Shown: piece by piece, positions 1 to 12,696 of the stretch
How positions within the stretch are numbered: position 1 is the stretch's first letter
How the letters are laid out: every line of letters starts with the position of its first letter
Assembly (NCBI GenBank): GCA_012026655.1
Contig: JAAILG010000102.1
Coordinates: 1 to 64,000, forward strand
Direction: 5' to 3'
Length of the DNA: 64,000 bases
Source: Hydrolagus affinis
Lineage: Eukaryota
The notes under the pieces: generated by a model
The model's database searches: none
What the model was told of the DNA's origin: nothing
The model's input: only the letters and a program-made list of their open reading frames with translations
Translations under genes and position numbers: made by a program

Positions 1-148
1 CACCCCGAATTTTTCGACCTCCCCTACGTGTTTCACCCCTTCCCGAACACTCCCCTCCCAGCTCGGGTCACATGCCTCCTGTACAGCGCCTTGGGACGTC
101 CTCCCGACGTGAAAGGCGCTCTATATGTGTAATTTGTTGTTGTTGTTG
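1..148 (+). mobile_element. 3' end of an L2-clade LINE (or L2-tailed SINE), cut by the window edge
   Basis: Terminal stem-loop motif AGCGCCTTGGGACGTCCTCCCGACGTGAAAGGCGCT followed by a (TTG)n tail. The same tail type recurs at ~24820-24888 (+) and ~13935-13995 (-). Confidence 0.75.
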
Positions 149-694
149 TGTGCAGTTTTGGTCTCCTTATTTAAGAAAGGATGTACTCGCCTTGGCAGGG
201 GTACAACGTAGATTCATTAGGTTGATACCTGGGATGAGGGGGATGAGTTATGAAAGGTTGAGCAATCTAGGCCTATGTTCTCTAGAATATAGAAGAATCA
301 GAGGTGATCTTAGAGAAACCTATAAGATTATTAAGGAACACGACAGAATAGATCGTGGGAAACTGTTTCCCCTGGTTGGGGAAACTATAACCAGAGGTTA
401 CAGTCTTAAAGTTAGGGGTCAGCCCTTTCGCACTGAGTTGAGAAAAAACTTCTTCACTCAGAGGGTAGTGAATTTATGCAATTCTCTACCCAAAAGGGCT
501 GTAGATGCTCAGTCCTTGAACATATTCAAGACGGAGATTGATAAGATTTCTTGTAAATAAAGAGATTAAGGGATATAGGGATAAGGCGGGTAGGTGGAGT
601 TAGAATAGATCAGCCATGATCTTATTGAATGGCAGGGCAGGCTCGAGGGGCCGAATGGCCTACTCTTGCTCCCAATTCTTATGTTCTTCTTATG
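148..694 (+). mobile_element. CR1 LINE 3' fragment (ORF2 C-terminus plus 3' UTR)
   Basis: Translation CVQFWSPYLRKDVLALAGVQRRFIRLIPGMRGMSYERL...RRIRGDLRETYKII...FFTQRVVNLCNSLP matches the typical CR1 ORF2 C-terminus. The 3' UTR has GAATGGCAGGGCAGGCTCGAGGGGCCGAATGGCCTACTC and a TTCTTATG-type tail. Confidence 0.93.
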
Positions 695-2011
695 ATTATT
701 GCATTATGTTGTCTGAGGACGATCTTCTGCAGGAATACTTGGATGCTGATCTCAATGAATCTGGATTGTGCCCAAAGCAGGCTTTTGCTGTCCAACAGCA
801 GATCTGTATCAATTGGTGTTCGAGTACAGTTCTGGAGGGTCAACCTCAGACACATGTGTGTACTTGCTGGATTCATTATTTACAAATCTGTTCTGAGAAT
901 CTCGCAAATCAGAGCTCACTCTTACTGACGTTGCTATTCTGCCAGCCATAACATGTCAGAACACAGATTTTAAAATATATTTATTTCAATCGGCTGCAAA
1001 TAGAACAACTTTGCACAGCTCCTCAAAGGTTCACGACTTTGATGGTGACCTAGCTGAACAGTATGTATCTGTGCCTACCTCTCTCATTCAAAATTATTTA
1101 TCTGTATTTAGCAGAATTCTTGCTCTTTTACATAATTATTGGAAAATGCGACTTTTAGCATTACATTGGCTACCACAAGAGCCCAGTGTAATTGAAGAAA
1201 TATTTAAATGAACCAATTACTTTTACTGTATTAAATCAAGCTAATTGAGTGCTGTTTCTTGGCATCGTACTATATAAAACTCTACTTTATTAAAATATTT
1301 AACAAATGTTATTGCAAACCTCACATCTATTAAAAAAAGTATTACTTTCAAAATTATTTACTCTAAACTCTTCATTCATTTAAGAGTTAACAGCTTGATT
1401 AATCATCACTGTAGAAAGCAGAGCATGATCATCTATTTCATTAGTGACTAAAATACCTATCTTAATTGTAATCGGAGAGGATTTAATGGTCTCTTTATTG
1501 CAGGCCAAAGCTTCTGCAGATGATAATTCTCCACATTTCTCAGCACACTGGCTTATCACTGTTAAAGAGCATTCAGTCTTTTGTAATAAAGAAGGGATCA
1601 CAGATCCTCATTGCTGAAAGACATATGGTGAGCTGGATTTAAAATGGAAACTGGGAAATCATTTTGCCTATAAACCTTTTCTTTCACATATGCTGTCAAT
1701 GTAAAAAGGATTAATAATAGACATTCTTTAGTTGAACTGTTGAAGACTCACTGTTCTACATCTGAAGTGAAATTCCATATACAGTACCTAACAGTATATG
1801 AACTCATTTGGACTCTCGCCTGAGAAAGCAACACTCATTTCACTTATTTTGTATACTTTGAATAGCTAATTGTTTTAAAAGTGACCACTATTATCACACA
1901 TTCTCAGCAGAACCACAAGTTTATTTATTGTATCATTTAATTGAACCAAATTTGGATTTTTAAAATACATTTTGTTGTAAGAAAGCCATCAGTTTGTTTC
2001 TTCTACCTTCT

Positions 2012-2133
2012 TCTATACTAATAAAATATCAATGACTGTCTGTGCTTCAAGAAGGATCTCAACAACTGATTGATGTAATATGATTTATCCCTCATCGGAA
2101 AGGTCTTGCACCTGGGAGTGACATGGGCATATT
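2012..2133 (+). mobile_element. Putative Helitron 5' terminal fragment
   Basis: Starts TCTATACTAATAAAA, then TGTCTGTG...ATCTCAACAACT...GGAAAG...GAGTGACATGGGCATATT, resembling my recollection of non-autonomous Helitron 5' ends. No 3' hairpin/CTRR end was found. Confidence 0.45.
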
Positions 2134-5100
2134 CGGTTTCAGGTATCTCCTATCATTCATGAGTTATTTTCTGTTTTGTGTTTTTTACTGCAGTTACATC
2201 TGGTGGCTGCAGAGTCAAAGTGGCACTGCGGCATCCTACATCATAGAGGACACAGACAAGCGACGGGAACAAAATAAAGAACGTAGACAAGGCTAAGTTG
2301 CAGCAAGAACAAAATTACATTTTTAAAGTGCCAGGTCCTCCCAATGAATATTTCCTAAAGGAATCCTCCCACAGAAGTCCTCCCAGATGAGTTTAGATAA
2401 AGATTAAATGTCTGTCTGTGTATCAATCTACATTCCATATTGGATACTTTGATTGCAAGCTTTGTAGCAATGGGTATGGCTAATTATTGATAAATAAAAC
2501 GTTTGGACAAAATCTAACCGTGGACAGATTGTTTTTTTAAAAAAAGCTATTTGAACAATCAAATCTTGAAGGGAATGAAACCTTAAAGGGTTAACATAAA
2601 TGGCTGTAGCTTGTAAAACAAAGAAAAGAATTGCAAACACTGCTGTGAGTTTTAAGTCAGGATTGATTGAAGAGAATAGTTTAAGTGAGCCTCTTTGGCC
2701 AAACCTCTTACTGTCAAACAAAATTCTCTTCCAGAACATCTATCATTCTGCAAATCCGCTTAGACAAGAGTGCTGCAGGACACCTGAAGACAGTGTCAAT
2801 CATAGCATGAAAACAGGCTCTTTGAAGCAATTTACTTTTCTGTTGCCCACATAATGTAGCTTATGAAACAAAAACTCAGCAGGACAACACAGGAATGAAA
2901 AGAATACTTTGCAAAGTTTTTTTTAGCCCCATAAACCTCACTGAAGTCTTGTCTAAATCATCGATGCAACTCGTGAATCATATGCTAATGCTGGGTATTG
3001 TATGCCTCACACATACATTGTTTTACAACATCCAGTAAGATTTTATCAGAACTTATTTTGTATTTAAATACTTTGACTCCTGCAGTTGGAAAGGGTTCCA
3101 CAGTTATTCTTGAAGCTATAAAATACAATTTGGAGAATTTTTAACAGATTAACAGTATGTGTGGAAATCTTTAAATTTCAACAAGCTTTAAAATTATGCC
3201 TTTTAGTAAATGTTCAACAATTACTCCAGAAGGTGTGTTTGCTGGGTAACCCGTTTAGGTGCTGATGGAGTGTAACATTTTACACAAGTTGCAGAGAATT
3301 TGCTGAAAACCACAACAATACTTTCAGGTGGATTTGTAGACTATCAGCTTTATTTATTGTATCGACATGCAAATAATTATGCAGGTATCACTCAATAATC
3401 TGTGATACTTTGAAAACAATTAAAATGCAAGCCTTGAAACCTCCTGTTATTGACCCAGAAATAGTCAGAATAACATTGGTTTGTCCATGTGGTTTAGGTT
3501 ATATTAAAGATCTATTTTCTATTACCTGAAGGGCAGTTGATTCAAAACAAATCGATGACAATTTGTTCAAGGGTAACCTAACTGTATTATCTAATTTTGC
3601 CCTAATAAGTAACCAGCAGATTAATTCTTCCTGAAGTTATTTTGAACCGTTAATAAGAAAAAGCCACATTTGATATAATGCCTATAATTTTAAAATCTCT
3701 CAAATTCTTCACAGCTAATTGCTGTCAAGTGTAGTGACTGTGTATTTGGAGGCAAACACATCAGGGAAATTTGTGGGTAGCAAATTCCCTTGAATAGCCA
3801 CAAAGTGTTATGGAACGGTAGGGTAGGATGTGTGTTCTTTGATGTGGTTCCCCTTGCAGTGAATTTCTGATTACAGCCAGTCCATCCGTGGATAAGCTGA
3901 GCAGTTGTTAAGCAGTTCCCCCTGAAGGAGGCGTGAATTAACTTGTTCTTATACTATGCTCCTCTGCATGCTTGATCCAGATGCTTAAAAACAGCTTGTC
4001 TGGAGAGCATAATTAGAGGGATAGGAACAAAGCTTACATGACTGCTGAGGAATATTATATGTTATGCTGGGACCCAAGGATGGGACCCAATTTACAATAT
4101 GATGGAGAGAGAGAGAGAGAAAGACATTAGCTAGGTGCTGGCAGAGGAGGTCAAATTGAAGTCACCTGTTCAGAACCAAGGTAAAAATTCTCATGTTAAA
4201 AGATGTATCTGTCCCTAGTGAGAGGAATGAACAATAACACATCTGCTTCCCCTTGGTAAGACTGGTGGTCTTGACCCCTGACTCTTTGGTGTCAGTTTCT
4301 GTACTATGAGGAGCTTTCCCCTGTACTTTGTTGAGCTTTCTCCTGAATCACATGCTACCCTGAGCAAGTAGATGGTGGCTACTTATGGCAGAGTTGACTT
4401 CCAACTGGATCTATCGTCACTCAACCCTCATCCCTACCTCTTACCCAATATTATATCTTTAATGATAAAATTGTGATAATTTACCATGGCCAATATGTCA
4501 CTTAAACTTTTATTGCTGTTTATATTGTCCAGCGAAAGGTAAGAATAATATGTAAACTGTATAGACAAAGTTATTGCAAAACTAAAGCGATAATGATTGT
4601 AAACCTGCAAATACCTTAAAATCTAATCAATTTATGGGGTCTTCCACCAGCCTGGAAGCTCACCACCCTGTTTGAAAGTATCTGAATCCGAGAGTGTTCC
4701 ACATATGCATATCAAGCCTTTGTCTGGAATGGAGTGAAACTCTTATTCACCAAGTGCAACAAGCAACTGTTTAGTAGTTCATAGGAAAATGCCATAAAAA
4801 GTCAGAGGAAAATGTTGTATCGATTTTTGGTTACAATAATAAAATAATTTAGGATCATGTAGAGAGCCTAAATTGTATTTATGACAGACAAGTGCTAGGA
4901 ATGAACAAAGTGGTAATTGATTGAGACACTAACTGACTAAAACTACTTATGAAAAATATTTGCACGAATGCTGAGGTGGTGTTTAGTATTGACTGTAGTT
5001 TGATTGGGAGTAGAAGATGATCTGGATTTTTTTTTAGATTTCATATGTTCGGGTGATTCTTTAGAGACAGGAGTCATATTGTTAGAAATATATTTGAACA

Positions 5101-6166
5101 CTTTCAAGGATTTTACATTGAAATGAAACAGCTCTATACTACATAGAGAAGTGTACAAAATATTTGTCGCATATTAACTTGCATTCTGGGGTTGATGGAC
5201 TAGGTCAATGAGCCAAAATTTTCCCTTGTGAATTATATATTGAGACTCAGCATAGCACGCAAGTGGAGCAGACTTTGGGATAGTATAATTGCTGGTAATG
5301 AAACAGCCCATTGAATGCGTCATTTGGTTAAGCCACAAATCTTCGAAAACAGACATCGCAGTGACCTACATTAATATTCAACTATATGGCATGAATGAAG
5401 AAGTGGTTTTATGCAATTTCTCTCCAACTCCTAGCAGATATTCATTACCAAGCCATAAATTATTTGTGAAAACACATTTCTTTACAGCTCACAACAAGAA
5501 TCATGTGGAAAAGGAAGATGCCTGTTGGCGGCTATACACGTCTTTTCCGACTAGCAGTCTTGTCAGTTTCACAGATTCATACATAATCAACTGGAAGCAT
5601 CTTTGGGCTGGTGTTGATTTTTTTACATTAAAAAACATATCCATCATAAAATTGCCATCGTTTCATTAAAAATTACTGTAAAAACGGGGATCAGGTTAAT
5701 CTTAAAATCAGTTCTGGAATAATAAGTTAATTTTTTTAAGCAACATAGACATGTGATGGGTACATCTAAGCTCTTATTCTTAGATGCTGTACTCATCTCC
5801 AGAGGCTCCAGTTTTTAACCAGCAAAGGGGAGGTAATATAAGGTTTCTGCTGGTTGCTGACTGTTAAGAGTGAAACTAAAATTGCCTTCTGGCAATTGTG
5901 GCTTGCTCTCTTACAGAATGTCAGTAATTCTGCGGTCTGCATCTTAGCCAGGGAAGTCCAGCACTACAAGGATGAGTAAGTTCATGTTGTTTGGCAGAAA
6001 AAGTATTAAAAACCTCTTCTCACCATTTTTAAGTATGATCTAATTTTCAAACCTAATCCGGAACTACAGAAAAATCTATACTACATGCTTGTATAAAAAA
6101 ATTACATTATTTCTAGGACACACTGCAAAAAACAGTATGAGTTTCTGTTGCCTTTGTAAACTCTCA

Positions 6167-6329
6167 GAGAGAAATTCCACCTGGATCTAAATTTACCTTA
6201 TTGACTTAGCTTTTGAGATGAAAGAATTTAGCAAATTCTTAAATACAGCCTTCATTTTAAAGTTAATTTTCTGCAAGTTTTCTTAAGAATACTAAATAAA
6301 TACGAGTAAATCCAGGTGAAATTTCTCTC
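6167..6329. mobile_element. MITE-like TIR element, family A copy 1
   Basis: Terminal inverted repeats GAGAGAAATTCCACCTGGAT / ATCCAGGTGAAATTTCTCTC. Internal CAAATTCTTAAATACAGCCTTCATTTTAAAG is similar to the copy at 55349-55560. Confidence 0.75.
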
Positions 6330-6513
6330 CAAGGTTGGTTGAGGTATGAAACATTGAGAATGATAACCTTCTCACTGCATACTATTATTAGAATCCATTC
6401 CCTAAGATAAATGTATTTCTAATCCAAAGTGCATATCGAGGTACATGTGAAATCCCCTTGGATAATAAGCGAATGGATTAGAAATAATTAGTGTACACAT
6501 GGAACAGAGTATA

Positions 6514-6883
6514 GTAAACTCACATAAGTCATATCAGTAAGGACCATAGCATTTAATATGACTTAAATGAAGTCTGAATTGCAGGCAAACTGTATAAGCC
6601 ATATAAAATCGGATTTTCCGTCAATAACCCACACTGCGTATGTCTAATTCAATAGAGCCAGTAAGTACGCATGCACTGATGGGTTTCCTGCGATTTACTG
6701 TGACTTGGCCTGTCGTCGTATATGCAGTTACTGGTGAGCACTAGAATCACAAGAAATAAAATTTGTCTGTGCAAGCATCGACGGGGTTGAGGACGTACTT
6801 CCTGTGATACATATGGGTGTAAGGTGGTAATGGAGGATAGGGGAGAGGTGTTATGAATAAAGATAAGAGTTATGCGAGTCATA
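6514..6883 (+). mobile_element. Non-autonomous TIR element, family B copy 1
   Basis: Starts GTAAACTCACATAAGTCATATCAGTAAGGACCATAGCATTTAATATGAC, colinear with 29561 onward. Also shares AGAATCACA.GAAAT.AA.TT and TAATGGAGGA.AGG blocks, and has a degenerate inverted end GAGTTATGCGAGTC. Confidence 0.7.
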
Positions 6884-7277
6884 TATATCTTTTGTTTAGG
6901 TGAATTTTTCAATTACCTCCAAACATATTTTATGCTCACACAGTCAATTAGCATTTTGCCCTTTCATTTGTGCAAAAGGCTTCAGTGAATTTGTACAACC
7001 GACTGGATGGACAACACTTGGTTGTGATGAGACTATTAGTTCAGCTCCTATTTAAACATTTCAGAACTCTTTTCTCCTGTGCTATTGTATATTGCTTTAA
7101 TGACTTACTTGGCAATTGGACATTAATAACAGTAAGCAAGAGGATTCTGAGGAAGTGATTGGGTAGATTATGAAAGTGTAAGGTGTAAATAAAGGAACCA
7201 GTGAATCTAACTGTGTTCTGGATTCACAAAGATTACACGTGCTTGTCAAAGTGAGAAAGGTCAGCTCACTTGGAATA

Positions 7278-7440
7278 AGGGTTAATTGCAGAATAAATCT
7301 CCCTTTGCCCCAATGTTGAGCTTAGCACACCTCATAACAGCATCTCTTAATTCACCAGGGCAACCTTTCCTATTTCCCATATCAGTCTGTACACCTTCTG
7401 AGTGAGAGTGTTTGCTTCAATCCCAAATATAAGGATTTAA
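7278..7440 (-). mobile_element. LF-SINE-like 3' remnant
   Basis: Reverse complement contains CACTCTCACTCAGAAG...TTGGGGCAAAGGGAGATTTATTCTGCAATTAACCC, resembling the remembered LF-SINE-type 3' region. Confidence 0.4.
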
Positions 7441-10400
7441 CATAATCCTGGGCAAGAAAACACAAATAGTGGGGTTAAAACTGACCAAATTAATTTCACA
7501 CAGTGCTTTTACAGGCTGCAGTGTCCTATTTGCATGTGGACCCAGTTCAGAGTTAGTGAAAGAAAATAAATGCTCTGTGTTGAATGGTGCTTTTTGTCAT
7601 TTATCATTTGTCATTTACCAGGCCATTTGTCATTTATACATATTAAGTGGTTGAACGTACCTGAGTTAGATTGTAAGTGGTCATTTGCAAACAAATGTTT
7701 TGTCTGCAAATGGAAGTTTTCCTTCCAATGTAGAACCAAAATGACAAATAAAAGTATGTTATTTTGCTATCAATATATAAAATATAAACCCTCTTCATAC
7801 AAATTGAAACTCCAACATCGCTCGCTCTTTGAACGCTGGAGGCTATCATATTTGCTGTTTACCCCTGGCATGGTCACCCAGCTAAGAACATGACAGGCAT
7901 TTCTGCAACTGATCAATAGCACTGACAGCCACCATGTTCAAATGGCAGGCATGGTTTAGCAAAATATAAAACGCATGGAATACATCTTGTGTTTTTAACA
8001 AAAAAGGGAAAAAAAGAGATTCCAGTCTTATATTTATTTATTGCTACTGTAATCTTCAAAAAGTATGATACCAGCACTGCGTCTGCCTGAATTAGCCACT
8101 GATATGTTCAGAAAAGTACAAGGGTGAAATTACACACAAGGCAAATTGGGATTGCACAATTATTCGGTTACATTTTATGGTGAAACATTTGCTGTCTACT
8201 AATTTGGGGATTGAACCATTACTTCAGACTGCAAGTCAGACTTCATCTAACATAATGGCAAAAAGATGATCTATTTCATAGGCTGTAGAAGCTTTTTATG
8301 ATCGGAGGGGTGAAGCATGAGGCCTGGGGTAACGTTGAAATCACGTAAACCTTACTTCAATGGTAGTGAAAGCTTTTTATGTGTGTGGTGGTGGGGTGGG
8401 TGGGGGTAAAACATATTTCTGTCCCTCAATACTCTCATGGGAATATCCGGGAACGTTACCATATCTGAACCATGATTCAAAAAATATGTCGACAAAATCT
8501 GCATGACTAGATTCAAACCATTTGACAAATAAACATTGTAGACTCCATGCAAATGGAGTCAGCATTACACTTGTTCAGAACATTCACCCTTTGTTCTCTA
8601 ATGGTGGCCTTTCTTGTCTTACACTTAAATTAGTTCAGGGACTTTAGCAAAACCTCTTTCATTACTTAAAAACAATACAACCACTTTATTTTGGTATTCT
8701 TTCTGAATACTTTACTATTTTCTACATTAAAATGTATTTCAAACTATAAATCTTTCACCATTTTAATTTCCAGATGAACAACCCTTATACCATTATTCAT
8801 TGGAAGTAACTCTATCCCAATTCTTTTATTGTTAAGTGTAACAGGACGGAATGAAGTCAATGCCAGCAAATTCCAACCATATGTTATTCAACTCTTACAG
8901 AAACCCCTAACCTGGAACAATATTAACACCCACAGCACAATCTAGGTAAAGGTATGAATCAACACAGGCTGCCAAATAGACATTTCATTGAATCAGAACA
9001 TATTTTATTGCTCTTTTGTGCACGTCTGTTACAACAGACCATTCAATTGAAACAAATTCAATTAAATACTAAACGCTATCAGTTTAGAAGGTACATCATT
9101 TCAGCAGTCATTTTTTATTGCATCTTTCTACATATGTGCTTGTAACTATTTTCAGTTGTCTTGTTTTTTCAGGTTTTTAAAAGTTTTCTGTGAATATTCA
9201 CTGATTTTAGTTCATGAAAGCATCATTCTGCTTTTTAAAATTATAATTCTCCTCTTTTTCTCAGTAGATAACAAGGGTGACTCAATAGAGCACTCGGCTT
9301 TGCTCCTGTGCTAAGCTGCAAGCACTTAAATTGAATAAACAGTAAATATTTTACTGTCAATTATGTCAGTCTATATTAATAAGTAGGTATCATCTGGAAG
9401 TTGTAACATAAGCACAGCACTTGAAACCAATTGGAATTGCAATAACAAAATAAAAACAAGCCCCTTCTTTTCAAGATTGATTTCAACTGTTATCCACGAA
9501 TATCAGAGATGTTGGTCAACTATCCACACTGACCTTCACACACTAACTACATTGATGGAAATTATAGAAATTCACAGCAACCCTCTTCGAGCCAGCCAAA
9601 ATAGACCATTTAAGTGGCCCAAAGTATGAGAGAGCCAACGTGACATAGGGCTTTTCGGTATCAGGTTTAATCACTTCCCCTTTATCGCTGAGCTCTGTTG
9701 TATTGTGGTGGGAAGGAGCAGGGAACAAACACAAAAATAACAATACACGTTCAAAAACACAGGAAAGCAAGAGTGCACAAAGCATTGCTGTGCATTTTAA
9801 GATTTGTGTTTTGATCTCTCTGGCTGCCGTAAGTAACTGTTGTCAAAAAATAAACAATAACAATGAATTATCTGCTTTATTCCCTCAGCATGCCTAGCAG
9901 GGAACTCAATTCTATTTTTAAAAATTGATAAATTTCAATCATTTGTTCACAACCAGAACCCTCCGGTGAGCATTTTGAACTTTTGTAGCTGAGCTGTAGA
10001 GAAATGCAGTTTGTAACTCTGTATTTTTCACCACACGCACAGTGACATATTGCTTTCTTTTCACTTGCCCGTTGACTTAAGTGTGACAGGTTTCCCCAGT
10101 CTAATATGTCATCTAGGGTACTAGGTTGCAAAACACTGCAACCATCGAGTGCTTCAAATAATATGTCCCACCTGGGATCATTTTTCTAACTTTCCCTATT
10201 GCTAACTTAAAAGAATATTTTCTTCATGAAAAAAGGCTTCCCTTTTTTTTCCTCGTGCAGGAATTCAGAATTTTCACCTTGGTAAGATCATGGGTAAGAG
10301 AGTTCTTCATGTATTTCAATGCAATCCATACCATTGCATTGCACTACTGTAAACAAAAGCATCTCCATTTGTGCAGATGACATACTAAGTTGCTGTGTTT

Positions 10401-12402
10401 CGCAAAAAAAAAGTACCTCAACAAAGAATCCAAGTTGCGACACCTTTGAGTGAAGTTTGACACAATGACTGCTAGGAATTTTCCTCCAACTCAATTTGCT
10501 TCCAGAGAAGAGTTGCTGTGTGAATTTGATAGGGATTCCTGGGAAGGGGCTTAATTACCAGGATACAATCCCATGAAGAAATTCTGAGTGTCCCTTTAAC
10601 ATTTTTTATTCAGTTCAAAAAAGTAGATAAAACACATTTAGCTGTTTCTATGAACCCGAGAATAACCATGGTGCTCTCTTGAGAGTGAATGAAAGACTGT
10701 GAATGAGTGAAATAGAGAAGAGGAGTGAGTAGGAGAGACAGAGAGCGAAAGAGAAAAAGGTTGGAAAAAATCCTGCTGTCTTGATTGATTAGTTTCAGCT
10801 TATGCTATGTTCTATTTTGGTCTCTTTTGTGATCAAACATGGCTGCCACCTTCGCTGGGAATGACAAATCTAAGGAAGACGGTTTGGAAGGATTACAATG
10901 TTCTTTTGAGAAAGACGCTAATCTAAAACAACTGCAAAGCCACTTAATTACAGGGCTCTAAACAATGCTCTCACCCTGTAACCTTGTCTTGGATGTGCTT
11001 TCTCAACGCTTTGAATCTAATGTATCTGTGATGTTGTTTCTTGTGACACAGCAAACCACCAGACAGCTGGACAACCTGCAAGCTCCTTCACAACTCATTG
11101 AACAAACACCGGAAAGCTCCTGAAATTGTACTGTATATTCTGATTGATGACAATCTTGTAAAAATGTTAATTCTTAATATGGGACATCAGGATTTCATCA
11201 GTTTGTTATGAAACCTGTACATATTCTTCCTGCTGTGTGTCTGAATGTATTTTTTTTTAATTGAGTGCCTATACGCAACAGAACACACCAGTATTCTGAA
11301 ACCTGGTAGATGCTTCCCTTTCTCCTTCGATCACACAAATCATTCTCAGTCACTGTGGAATACTATCAGGGTCACACTGAATAATAAATCTTGTCCATCA
11401 TTTATAACTATTCCTATAACTATAAAATGTCATTAAACACAATCTGGGTGACTCTCCGTGAGCAGGTAACTTTAGTTCACTTTGACTATGTGCCTCGACA
11501 GAGAATGCCATTATAACAAATGTGATTTACAGTTCCACAAGCCAGGCTGGTCAGATAACTCACTCGTCACAAAGTCAGGAATGAGTTATGATCACACTTG
11601 TTCCATGGAATAAAGCCATATTTCACAGCTCATCGTGGCACATTCTATTTATACTGCAAATTTAAATTATTATTTTAAATAATATTTTTAATTAATTTGA
11701 AAAAAGGAGTATTGTGAACCACTAAGAGCCTTTAATATCGTTAAATATGCTACATGCACCTCCTCTCATTTCTCCCTAAAGGTAACTGACTGTCATATTA
11801 AAATGGAAATTAAGCATTAAATTCATGGAGTAATTTCAGGTATAACTTGATTTATCAGGAAGTTATGGAGTTTGCGGATTTTTTATATAAGAATAAATTC
11901 ACCACTGGCCTTTTACTGCTTATGTTTCGTGTGGTGGGTCATTATTGCGAGATGACTGTCTTAAAGCAGTAGTTAATTTCGAAGGCTTCTTTTTAGTTGT
12001 GTTTACACTGAGTCAGAGGACAAAGCCAACTTCTGAAGTTCTAAGGTGATCACTGTTGAAACAAGTTATATTTAAAGCAAGAAGATTCAAACGATAGCCG
12101 GCAAGGAGAGAAGATGAAGATGGCTGGATTATGGTGGGACTAAGGCCTGAGTGTAATTAGATGTGCCTCAGCACAGCTGGCAAAGCTTCTCTCTCAAAGT
12201 ATAAGGCTTCTGAAGTACAACTTATCTAGAAATATTTTCAAATGACACATAACCCCTTCAATCTCTTTTCGTACATAGATATTAAATATTTTATCATTTT
12301 GTGGCCTGAAAAGAAGCCATGCACATGAAGATGCACCATTGATCACTCAATGGTAGAAATTGGATGTCTGGTGTCTTCAGCAACAGCACGGTCCAGTATA
12401 GT

Positions 12403-12696
12403 GGAGTTCTGTAGCTCAGTGGTTAGAGCTCTCGCCTTACAGAATCCTGGATTTGATTCCAGGCAGGGCAAAACCTTGGGCAAGTTTCCTTAATCCACAT
12501 ACCTAATAATAACCCCTCAAAAAAAAATTGGTAATTTCAATCCATGACTGTTCATAGCACACAGTTGTGCACGATTGGCTGCCGCATTTCGCCAACAAAT
12601 ATACAGTCAATTCACTTGACAGTATATTTTGTGAAGGGCTTTGAGACGTCCAGAAGATGTGAAAACCATTATATCAAATACAGAGATTATTATTAT
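12403..12696 (+). mobile_element. tRNA-derived SINE with partial Deu core and L2-type tail, near full length
   Basis: A-box TAGCTCAGTGG, degenerate B-box, GGGCAAGTTTCCTT, Deu-like TGTGCACGATTGGCTGCCGCATTTC and an (ATT)n tail. Five other near-complete copies occur in the window. Confidence 0.9.

Noticed and set aside
72-560. 162-aa ORF as a host gene
   Set aside because: It is a chance fusion of an L2 tail (the poly-Cys comes from the TTG repeat) with a CR1 ORF2 fragment.
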